From assembly GCA_963752155.1 (NCBI GenBank), contig CAVVXH010000010.1, forward strand, positions 256,001 to 320,000: a DNA stretch of 64,000 nt. Reading direction: 5' to 3'. The notes below the pieces were generated by a model, which did no database searches, had not been told where the DNA came from, and saw only the letters and a program-made list of their open reading frames with translations. The stretch comes from an uncultured Parachlamydiaceae bacterium (GTDB taxonomy: Bacteria > Chlamydiota > Chlamydiia > Chlamydiales > Parachlamydiaceae). Made by a program: the position numbers and the translations under genes. This document shows, piece after piece, positions 10,135-18,573 of the stretch (position 1 is the first letter of the stretch; every line of letters begins with the position of its first letter).

Positions 10135-10821
10135 CTAAAGTCTCCATGTGGATTTTCTGTAATTCCAATTTTTATGTCCTGACCAACTCGCTCCCAGCTG
10201 ACCTAAATTTGTCCAAGGATTAATTAAAATGCGTATCCCTGAGCAAAGTTCATCAAGACCGTCTAAGGCGGATAAATATTTCATCGCATAGTCATTAAGT
10301 TTTGGAGAGCTGCCAAGGAAGATGGCAGCTAGAGTTGTCAAAAAAAGTCCGATAGATATTTCAATTAATTTTGTGACTGTTAATAGGAGGATGCCGGTAA
10401 AAAAACAACAACGTGAAATGACATGCTTTTTTAACTGGGAATTAGCGGGGTTGTCAGCGATTTTAATCCCATTTTTGAAAAGAGGATAAGCGATGGCTGG
10501 AGTTAATGGGCCAATAAATTTTCCTCTGGATTCAAAATTTTCAATAAACTCCATTCCCTCGCTGTAGGGGTTGAAGAACCGAAAAGTTATAAAAAATAAA
10601 CTAGGTAGTAGAAGTTGGGCATCGATTATAGAGCTAAATCCTTTATTTGCGAATCTATTTATACGAGTTTCTCCACTAGAAGGAAGAGCGAACACCGAGC
10701 CTGCAATTTTGGCAATTGTGTTGCCTGTTGCCAGCAAAAGAAGATTACAACCAGTAAGAATGCTCGGTATCGATCTTTGTTCCCAGGTGCTTTTAAATTC
10801 TGTTAACGAAAAATTTTGCAT
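10135..10821 (-). CDS. Hypothetical membrane protein, tandem paralog B
   Basis: 228 aa; shares NFSLTEFK, GMEFIENFESRGKF and INPWTN with paralog A. Confidence 0.8.
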   Translation of the reverse strand: MQNFSLTEFKSTWEQRSIPSILTGCNLLLLATGNTIAKIAGSVFALPSSGETRINRFANKGFSSIIDAQLLLPSLFFITFRFFNPYSEGMEFIENFESRGKFIGPLTPAIAYPLFKNGIKIADNPANSQLKKHVISRCCFFTGILLLTVTKLIEISIGLFLTTLAAIFLGSSPKLNDYAMKYLSALDGLDELCSGIRILINPWTNLGQLGASWSGHKNWNYRKSTWRL

Positions 10822-10911
10822 AATTACCTATATCGTTTTAGTCCTTTTAATAATATATTTTTATCATACCAGTTTGCAGATTAAATTCAAGTCTCGATAT
10901 ATCGAAGATAG

Positions 10912-11078
10912 GTGCTCTTTTGCGCCTCCTAAAATTCGCACCTTGCCATTGGTGCCTGACCTGATATTCTGACATTTGTCGATGCGATAACATTGCTTCC
11001 TAAAGGGCAAATGTCAGAATGTCAGGTCAGGCACCAATGGCAAGGCGCGAATTTGTTATTTAGGAGGCTCGAAGGCAC
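10912..11078. repeat. ~165-bp palindromic element downstream of nuoN
   Basis: ~46-bp arms 10932-10978 and 11008-11053 (TTGCCATTGGTGCCTGACCTGA..TTCTGACATTTG) plus outer GCCTCCTAAA / TTTAGGAGGC. Confidence 0.85.
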
Positions 11079-11087
11079 AAAGATTTC

Positions 11088-12521
11088 TTACGTTCTAAGA
11101 AGAGCAAGTATTGGCTCAGGATAGCACGACAATGCAACCAGAGCAACAAGGCAAAATGCTGCGACACTCATAGCAGGCAAAGAATGCTCCGGTGCAGTAT
11201 CCTCTAAGGGCTCTTTTGCAAACATAAGGCCAATCAAACGCAAATAATAAAAAGCCGAAAGAATCGTCGTCAAAAGTCCAATGACGACAAGGCCATAATA
11301 TCCGGCTTCAAAGGCCACTTTAAAGATGTAAAACTTAGCAAGAAATCCTGCTGTTGGAGGTATCCCTGCAAGCGTGAGCAAACAAAACGTAAGAATTAGT
11401 GCTAGAAGAGGGGAGCGTCTGTAAAGGCCATGGAGATCAGTAAACATCACCCCTTCTTCTCTCTCGTCTAAAAAAGCGAGAACTGCAAAGCATCCAAGTG
11501 TCGCTAATGCATAAATCACAAAATAGAATAAAAGTGCCATTAAGGCATTTTCACCCCCAGCAGCCAGAGGGATAAGTAAAAATCCAGCATGGGAAATTCC
11601 TGAATAAGCAAAAAATCGACGCAGTTGAGTTTGACGTAAGGCAACATAGTTTGCGTAAATGAGTGTCGGATAGGCTAGTAAAGCGATGCTTTGATTCCAA
11701 ATGGAACTAAATCCAGGCAAAGCGATCATGAAAACGCGAATAAATGCAGCAAAGGCTCCAATTTTTGTAGCTACAGCCATAAAAGCTGTGACAGGCGTAG
11801 GCGCTCCGTCGTAGACGTCTGGAGCCCACAAATGAACCGGGAAAATGGCTGCCTTAAAAGCAATTCCCAAAGTAACAAAAGCGACTCCGCTAAAAAATAG
11901 AATCTTATCTGTAGATGTTTCGAAAGCTTGATAGCTGGGTAAAAGTCCGGAAAATTGTGTTGTTCCTGTTGCCCCATAGATTAAAGCAATGCCATATAAC
12001 AAAAATGCAGCTGCGAGAGCCCCCGTAAGAAAATATTTAGTTGAAGCTTCTCTGGTGAGGGGCCAGTGTTTGATATATCCACACAAGATGTACAAGGCAA
12101 GCGAAAGTGTTTCGAGTCCCAAAAATAAAGTTAAAAAGTCTGTTGCACTTCCGATGAGAAGTAATCCGAAAAGTGAGGCAAGCATCAGAAAATAATATTC
12201 GCTTGGTGAGGCCTCGAAGCGCTTAAAGAACGGCACAGAAATAAGCGTTGTAGCTATGCCTATACAAATAAACAATACCGCAAAGAATCGTGACAAAGGA
12301 TCAAAATAAAGCCAACGCGTAAAATAGGGGTTCTGATCTACTGGAGAATACACCGCAGCTATTAACGCTAAAATTAAGGTTACAAGAGCTATGAATGAAG
12401 CACTTTTTTTCGCAATAGGAGAGAAGAAAGTTTCCATTAATATGAGTAAAAGGCCTCCACCTAAAAGAATAAGTAAAGGGCTAATAGCACAAATATCGGT
12501 GAAATGAATAAGGGTGTTCAC
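11088..12521 (-). CDS. nuoN: NADH-quinone oxidoreductase subunit N
   Basis: FLGLETLSL, EASTKYF, FPVHLWAPDVYDGAP and GIPPTAGF motifs; GTG start at 12521 after AAAGGAG. Confidence 0.93.
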   Translation of the reverse strand: MNTLIHFTDICAISPLLILLGGGLLLILMETFFSPIAKKSASFIALVTLILALIAAVYSPVDQNPYFTRWLYFDPLSRFFAVLFICIGIATTLISVPFFKRFEASPSEYYFLMLASLFGLLLIGSATDFLTLFLGLETLSLALYILCGYIKHWPLTREASTKYFLTGALAAAFLLYGIALIYGATGTTQFSGLLPSYQAFETSTDKILFFSGVAFVTLGIAFKAAIFPVHLWAPDVYDGAPTPVTAFMAVATKIGAFAAFIRVFMIALPGFSSIWNQSIALLAYPTLIYANYVALRQTQLRRFFAYSGISHAGFLLIPLAAGGENALMALLFYFVIYALATLGCFAVLAFLDEREEGVMFTDLHGLYRRSPLLALILTFCLLTLAGIPPTAGFLAKFYIFKVAFEAGYYGLVVIGLLTTILSAFYYLRLIGLMFAKEPLEDTAPEHSLPAMSVAAFCLVALVALSCYPEPILALLRT

Positions 12522-12559
12522 TATGACTCCTTTGCAAGAAATGTTTTCCAAGCGGTTAA

Positions 12560-12718
12560 GGGACTGTTCAATAATAACTTGTATGATTGGGCAACGCGAA
12601 AGCTCCCGTGGTTAAGCGATCGAAAGCGACCCCATATTATAATATGGGGTCACTTTCGATCGCTTAACCACGGGGCTTTGGTGCAGCCCAATCGTGCAAG
12701 TTATTGTTGAACAGTCCC
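12560..12718. mobile_element. 159-bp palindromic MITE inserted in the nuoM 3' end
   Basis: TIR GGGACTGTTCAA / TTGAACAGTCCC; TAA duplicated at 12557-12559 and 12719-12721; element is palindromic throughout. Confidence 0.9.
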
Positions 12719-14140
12719 TAACTTTTCTGTCGTCGGCTTGAGGTCGTTTAAGAGGGGAGCAGGGAAAATCCCAATGCCTAAGATGATCGCAATAAGAGGT
12801 AAAGCAACGAGTAGTTCTTTAATTCCTAGGTCGAGGGATTCATGATTGAGCCCTTTGGGTTCTCCAAAATAAACTTTTTCCATCCATCTTAACATGTAGA
12901 TCGCAGAAAGAATGACTGTTGTTGCGAGGAGCGTTGATAACCAGACGTTTTTTTTGAATAATCCAAAGAGGATGATGAGTTCTCCGACAAAATTATTGGT
13001 GCTAGGTAATGCGATGGAAGCAAGTACAAAAAATAGTGTAAGCCAGCAGAGGCGAGTATACGATTTTGCTGCTCCTCCAATGGTGTCTATGGAAGTTGTC
13101 CCTACGCGTTGTTTCAACCAATAGGCCATTAAAAATAGAGCTGCGATAGTTATTCCATGATTGAAGGCTTGTAGGATAGCCCCTTGTAGGGCTATTTCAT
13201 TGCCAACAAAAAGCCCGGCTAAGATGAAGTTAACATGTGAGAAGCTAGAGTAAGCGATCAGTCGCTTGGCGTCATTTTGTGTCCATGCCGCTATGGCCCC
13301 GTAAAGAGCGCCTATGATTGCCAAGGAGAGGAGAAAAGAGCTATATTGCACAATATAAGTGGGGAAAAATTCGTAGCCAATTCTTGCTATACCATAAATT
13401 CCTGCTTTGGAAAGAAGCGCAGAAAGAAGAATTGTTCCTGCATAAGGGGCTTGGGTATAGGCTTCTGGAAGCCATCCGTGGAAAGGAAAAAGAGGCGTTT
13501 TCACAGCAAATGCTAAGATGAAAATGGCAAAAAAGATGGGTGCATGAGGGTTTTGAGCTGCATAAACGGCAAGTTTATCAAAATTGAACGTGGGATTGGA
13601 GGAAGTGAAATAGAGTCCTAATACTGCTGCAACTAAAAGTGCTGAACCGGCAATCATGTAAACGAGGAATTGCAATGCTGCTTTTTGTCGATGTTCACCC
13701 CCTCTTAGGGTCATGATAAAGTATAATGGAAGCAAGATAGCTTCCCAGGAAATAGTAAAGACAACTAGATCTCGCGTAGTAAAGAGTATGAAAAGAAACC
13801 CTTGCAAAAGGAACGTGAGAAAGTAAAAAAGAGCAGATTGTCTATCTGTGGGAGCTATGTAAATAGCGAGAGGTATGATCAGTGCAGTCAAAGCAACAAA
13901 TATCATCGAGAGCGAGTCCATAGATAAGTGAAAATTGATTCCAAGAGTGGAGATCCATGGTTCATTGATTTCTGCGCCATTCCAGTGAGGATATCCTAAA
14001 AGGAGAAGTCCTAAGGGTAAGAAGCTCAAGACAAGATAAATTCTTTGTTTAGCTGTGGTCGATAGGGAGGTCACTCCTATCGCTAAGGCTATGAAGGAGG
14101 CTATAAATGGCAAGATGATAAGTAGCAGTAGGTTGGGCAC
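12701..14140 (-). CDS. nuoM: NADH-quinone oxidoreductase subunit M (last 5 codons supplied by the MITE)
   Basis: KTPLFPFHGWLPEAY, IAYSSFSH and LPSTNNFVGE motifs; GTG start after AAGGAG. Confidence 0.93.
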   Translation of the reverse strand: MPNLLLLIILPFIASFIALAIGVTSLSTTAKQRIYLVLSFLPLGLLLLGYPHWNGAEINEPWISTLGINFHLSMDSLSMIFVALTALIIPLAIYIAPTDRQSALFYFLTFLLQGFLFILFTTRDLVVFTISWEAILLPLYFIMTLRGGEHRQKAALQFLVYMIAGSALLVAAVLGLYFTSSNPTFNFDKLAVYAAQNPHAPIFFAIFILAFAVKTPLFPFHGWLPEAYTQAPYAGTILLSALLSKAGIYGIARIGYEFFPTYIVQYSSFLLSLAIIGALYGAIAAWTQNDAKRLIAYSSFSHVNFILAGLFVGNEIALQGAILQAFNHGITIAALFLMAYWLKQRVGTTSIDTIGGAAKSYTRLCWLTLFFVLASIALPSTNNFVGELIILFGLFKKNVWLSTLLATTVILSAIYMLRWMEKVYFGEPKGLNHESLDLGIKELLVALPLIAIILGIGIFPAPLLNDLKPTTEKLGTVQQ

Positions 14141-14150
14141 GAAGATCTCC

Positions 14151-16040
14151 TTAATTGCTGACTTGCATTGCAAGGATATAGGTGATTAAAAATGCAGCTG
14201 TGGCAGCCATCCAAGCTACGTAAGAGCGAATTTGTCCGCTTTGCATTTCCTGCATAAAGATTGCAAGAGATGATGTTGCTTTCGTAATCCACTGAAGGCT
14301 TCCGGAAAAGATATTTGGTTCCACATGATTTGATAGGGTGTAGGAAATTTTTTTCAGAGGTTGCACAATGTATGAATGATAGATGTCATCAATATAAAAA
14401 GCATTTTTGAAGAGTTGTATAGGTTTTTCTTGTTTTGGATAGATCGTATAAAGAAGGTAGGCTAATCCAATTCCAAGGAAGGCCCCAATCACAGCCATAT
14501 TGAGCTCAAGGGTAATTGCAAAGTGAGTGCTTAGCTCGTATTCCGTCGGAGTAATCCCCACTTCTTTTAAGAAGTTTAGCAAGGGTGGTATGCCTGTTGC
14601 CGAAAAGCCAAGGGCTCCTCCAACGATGGAAAAGGCAAGTAAAACTGAACAGGGGATGAGCATGATTTTTGGAGCTTCATGAAGGGGGGGATTTGCGTTT
14701 TCAATGGCCGGAGGTAAGCGAGAAGTTCCGGTAAAGGTTAAGCAGTAGGCACGGGTCAAGTAAAAAGCTGTTAAAATCGAGGTGAAAAGTCCCATGTAAA
14801 AAAGAAGATCGAAACCAACGAGATGTTCTTGTCCTAAAATGAGTTCTTTGCTGAAGAAGGCCGCCAGAGGGGGGACTCCAGACATAGCAAGCACTCCGAA
14901 CAAAAAGAGATAGTTAGTATAGGGAAATAGTTTGCTGAGGCCTCCCATTTTACGCATATCTGTCAGGCCATGAAGGACATGAACGACATTTCCGGCGGAT
15001 AAAAAGAGGAGGGCTTTCATGAAGGCGTGCATGGTGAGGTGGAACATTGCTGCATAAAAAGCTTTGGCTCCGCAGGCCATAAACATATACCCTAACTGGC
15101 TGACGGTTGAATAGGCTAGCACTCTTTTAAGGTCGTTTTGGCCGATGGCGCAGAGGGCTGCAAAAAGGGCCGTTATCGCTCCGACGGTTCCGATCACTTG
15201 TAATGCTAGGGGGGAAAGAACATAAAGTGCATGCATTCTAACAACTAGGTAGACTCCAGCTGTGACCATTGTCGCAGCATGGATTAGGGCAGAGACGGGA
15301 GTAGGACCTTCCATCGCATCTGCTAACCACACGTGCAAAGGAATTTGTGCTGACTTGCCGCAAGCTCCGACAAAAAAGAGGAGCGCTATAATGGTGATGA
15401 GCGGATCTCCAATAGAAAATTTGTCTAATTGTGCTGTAATGTCTACAATGTTGGAGGTTCCGAAAGTACGGAAAGTTAGCAACAAACCTATTAAGAGGCC
15501 TAGGTCTCCGATGCGATTGACGACAAAAGCTTTGACCGCTGCAGCAGCAGCTTTAGGTCGGTAATAGTCGTATCCGATTAATAAATAGGAAGCTAGACCA
15601 ACTCCTTCCCATCCTACAAAGAGAAGAAGTAGGTTGTCCGCTAATACAAGGAGGAGCATAGCAAAGACGAATAAATTTAAACAGGCAAAATAACGTACAT
15701 AATCTTCTTCGTGATCCATGTAGCCAACAGAATAGATATGGATCAGCGATCCAACGCCAGTGATAATGAGAGCCATCATGAGAGAGACAGAGTCTATATG
15801 TATGCCGAAAGTTGCATTAATTCCTTTTATGGGAATCCAATCATATAAGGTGAGATTTGAGTCTTGCATATTGGTATGTAGGTAGCCCATTAAGATGGCC
15901 ACAAAAAGTAAGAAAGAAAGGGTGAGAGACCCACATGCAATATAGGCCGTTTGTTTTCGTGATAAAACCGGGTAGGTGATGAGCTGTAGGATAAAACCTA
16001 GTAAAGGTAAAAATAGGGCTAACCAGGGTGCATACGACAT
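14151..16040 (-). CDS. nuoL: NADH-quinone oxidoreductase subunit L
   Basis: GWEGVGLASYLLIG and GKSAQIPLHVWLADAMEGPTPVSALIHAATMV motifs. Confidence 0.96.
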   Translation of the reverse strand: MSYAPWLALFLPLLGFILQLITYPVLSRKQTAYIACGSLTLSFLLFVAILMGYLHTNMQDSNLTLYDWIPIKGINATFGIHIDSVSLMMALIITGVGSLIHIYSVGYMDHEEDYVRYFACLNLFVFAMLLLVLADNLLLLFVGWEGVGLASYLLIGYDYYRPKAAAAAVKAFVVNRIGDLGLLIGLLLTFRTFGTSNIVDITAQLDKFSIGDPLITIIALLFFVGACGKSAQIPLHVWLADAMEGPTPVSALIHAATMVTAGVYLVVRMHALYVLSPLALQVIGTVGAITALFAALCAIGQNDLKRVLAYSTVSQLGYMFMACGAKAFYAAMFHLTMHAFMKALLFLSAGNVVHVLHGLTDMRKMGGLSKLFPYTNYLFLFGVLAMSGVPPLAAFFSKELILGQEHLVGFDLLFYMGLFTSILTAFYLTRAYCLTFTGTSRLPPAIENANPPLHEAPKIMLIPCSVLLAFSIVGGALGFSATGIPPLLNFLKEVGITPTEYELSTHFAITLELNMAVIGAFLGIGLAYLLYTIYPKQEKPIQLFKNAFYIDDIYHSYIVQPLKKISYTLSNHVEPNIFSGSLQWITKATSSLAIFMQEMQSGQIRSYVAWMAATAAFLITYILAMQVSN

Positions 16041-16049
16041 AGAAGTTCC

Positions 16050-16349
16050 TTATCCCTTAAGTTCATTGTAACAGTCAACATCGACAGCTTGTTTTGAACG
16101 AAATAGGTTGATGATGAGGGCAAATCCTACTGCGGCCTCTGCAGCAGCGACAACAAGGACAAAAAAAACCCAAATCAATCCTATTTGATTATTCCAATGG
16201 TTTGCGAAAAATACAAAGAGAAGATTGGCAGCGTTTAGCATAAGCTCAAGTGATAAAAAGAATATTAACACGTTGCGCCTCACTAGGACTCCAATTAATC
16301 CGATTGTAAACATCGCAAGACTGACAAAAATCAGAAAAAAATCGTCCAT
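16050..16349 (-). CDS. nuoK: NADH-quinone oxidoreductase subunit K
   Basis: SLELMLNAAN and VAAAEAAVG motifs. Confidence 0.95.
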   Translation of the reverse strand: MDDFFLIFVSLAMFTIGLIGVLVRRNVLIFFLSLELMLNAANLLFVFFANHWNNQIGLIWVFFVLVVAAAEAAVGFALIINLFRSKQAVDVDCYNELKG

Positions 16350-16860
16350 TTAAATTTCCTTTTTTCCGATGTAAAGGGCACCAATCGAGGCGATTAAAAA
16401 TAAAAAAATGACAGCTTCAAATGGGAAAGAAATAATCGATGTAGAGGAGTTTTCCAAGAGAATATGCGGTACCAAAATCTTTTGAGGGGCTTGTTTGTGA
16501 AGGGGAAAAGATGGCGAGTTCTCTAGCTAAGTAAATGAGAGCGAGTGTAAATGTGCCACCTGCTGCGGCAAGGAGTAACGGAGTGCTTTTTCCATGTGTG
16601 AGTGCAATTTTTTCATGAGCATTTTGGAAAAGGAGCATAATAAACATGAAAGTGACCAAAATGGCTCCGGCATAGATCAACACTTGCATGACAGCTATAA
16701 ATTCAGCAGAAAGTTGAAGGTATATAACAGCCAAGAGAAGAAGTGTTAACAAAAAATAGAGGCATGAGTGGACTGGTTTTTTGGCTAAAATGACTCCTAG
16801 GGAAGAGAGGATAAGGATGATCCCAATAATTATTTGCATTGGATGGTCTAAATGCATCAC
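16350..16860 (-). CDS. nuoJ: NADH-quinone oxidoreductase subunit J (+1 frameshift near 16424)
   Basis: AEFIAVMQVLIYAGAI; removing one base restores YFFPFEAVIFLFLIASIGALYIGKKEI* ending at 16350. Confidence 0.88.
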
Positions 16861-16872
16861 CTAGTTCTCCTC

Positions 16873-17358
16873 TTAAATTTCTCGATTCGGGTCACGACCT
16901 GAGTCTCCCGGGTTTTTTTCGGTTAAAATGTCTTTAGTAAAGATCAGCTCTTGTCGTGAGTAAGCAGAGAATTCATATTCATTACTTAGGATGATTGCTC
17001 CGGTGGGGCAGGCTTCTTCGCAATATCCACAGTAAATACATCGCAACATATTGATTTGAAAGTCTTTAGCGTAGCGTTCACCATGTGAGTTAGGAGCATC
17101 CGGATCATTTTGTTCCGGCTTGACGTAGATAGCTTGAGAAGGGCATACAATTGCGCATAATTCACATCCGACGCAACGCTCAAGGCCATCGTTCCATTTT
17201 GTAAGGTAATGACGTCCTCGTGAACGTGGCGGCAATTTTCTCTTTTCTTCCGGATAGCGTAAGGTAACAGGGCGTTTAAAGGCATATTTTAAAACGATAA
17301 ATAGTCCGTGGAATACGGATAAAATCTGTTTATATACTCTTGGAGCTGTTTTTTTCAT
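16873..17358 (-). CDS. nuoI: NADH-quinone oxidoreductase subunit I
   Basis: Two CxxCxxCxxxCP motifs; RYPEEK. Confidence 0.95.
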   Translation of the reverse strand: MKKTAPRVYKQILSVFHGLFIVLKYAFKRPVTLRYPEEKRKLPPRSRGRHYLTKWNDGLERCVGCELCAIVCPSQAIYVKPEQNDPDAPNSHGERYAKDFQINMLRCIYCGYCEEACPTGAIILSNEYEFSAYSRQELIFTKDILTEKNPGDSGRDPNREI

Positions 17359-17359
17359 G

Positions 17360-18349
17360 CTATACCAATAAAAAGTAAGCTGTAATTAAAAGATTCAACG
17401 TAGCAATGGGGGTAAGTACTTTCCATCCAAAGCTCATTAGCTGGTTGTAGCGCAAACGGGCCATAGTTGCGCGTACCCACATAAATATAAAGACTAAAAT
17501 AGCAACTTTTAAAATAAACCAAACGAATGGGGTATCTGTTGGCCCGTACCAGCCACCTAAAAATAAGGTTGTTGCAATAGAACAAACAGCTAGGATGTTG
17601 ATGTACTCGGCAAGGAAAAAGCTTGCAAATCTCATTCCACCATATTCTGTATGGTAGCCTCCGGTGAGTTCCTGTTCCGATTCTGGAAGATCGAAAGGAG
17701 CGCGGTTTGTTTCTGCAAAAGCAGTTATGAAATAGATGATGAAGCTGATGGGATTGGTCCAAATGAACCAATGATTTTGCTGAGCCTTGACTATTTCCGG
17801 TAAGCTTAAGGAGTTTGCAGCGATGACTACGGTGATGATCGATAATCCCATGGGAATTTCATAGCTAATGAGTTGTGCTGTGCTGCGCAGTCCTCCAAGT
17901 AGAGAGTAGCGGTTGTTAGATGACCAGCCGGCTAAGACGATTCCATAAACTGCGAGTGAAGAGAGTGCGAGAAGCACGAGGATTCCGGAGTTAAGATCAG
18001 CAATATACAGTTTGACTGTGCGGCCAGCTATTTCGATGGTATCTCCGAAGGGGATGAGGATGAAAGCCATCAGGGCAGTAAAAACAGAAATGGCTGGAGC
18101 TAGGATATAAGTAAATTTATCGACATTTTCTGGGCAAAAACTTTCTTTGCTAAGGAGTTTAAGGCCATCGGCAATAGGCTGTAGAAGGCCAAAGGGTCCT
18201 ACTCGATTAGGGCCAAGCCTTAGTTGGACTCTGGCCATAATCACCCGTTCGCAAAAGGTCATATAGGCAGCCGCCCCCATAAGGACCAAAACGAGAAGGA
18301 TGCTTTTGATAAGTACTTCGATTAAATCGCCTAACACGGGATACCTCAT
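17360..18349 (-). CDS. nuoH: NADH-quinone oxidoreductase subunit H
   Basis: RLGPNRVGPFGLLQPIADGLK and ETNRAPFDLPESEQEL motifs. Confidence 0.96.
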   Translation of the reverse strand: MRYPVLGDLIEVLIKSILLVLVLMGAAAYMTFCERVIMARVQLRLGPNRVGPFGLLQPIADGLKLLSKESFCPENVDKFTYILAPAISVFTALMAFILIPFGDTIEIAGRTVKLYIADLNSGILVLLALSSLAVYGIVLAGWSSNNRYSLLGGLRSTAQLISYEIPMGLSIITVVIAANSLSLPEIVKAQQNHWFIWTNPISFIIYFITAFAETNRAPFDLPESEQELTGGYHTEYGGMRFASFFLAEYINILAVCSIATTLFLGGWYGPTDTPFVWFILKVAILVFIFMWVRATMARLRYNQLMSFGWKVLTPIATLNLLITAYFLLV

Positions 18350-18440
18350 TATCCACTTTTATTCATTATTTTGGACGTTAGCGGAAAAGCTTTTGTCTGT
18401 AAATAAAAAAATTCAAAGGGGTGGGGTATTGTGAAATGTA

Positions 18441-18573
18441 GCAAGGACGACAAGGACGGCAAGGACAACAAGCAAGGACAAGCAACAAAGATATAAGATA
18501 ATACCATTTCTCGTTTATTTTATATGTCCTTGCTTGCCGTCCTTGTTGTCCTTTTCGTCCTTGCTGTCCTTGT
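18441..18573. repeat. Empty inverted 9-mer array pair, CAAGGAC family (copy 1)
   Basis: (RCAAGGACR)x~4 then ~40-bp spacer then reverse complement x~5. Confidence 0.9.
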
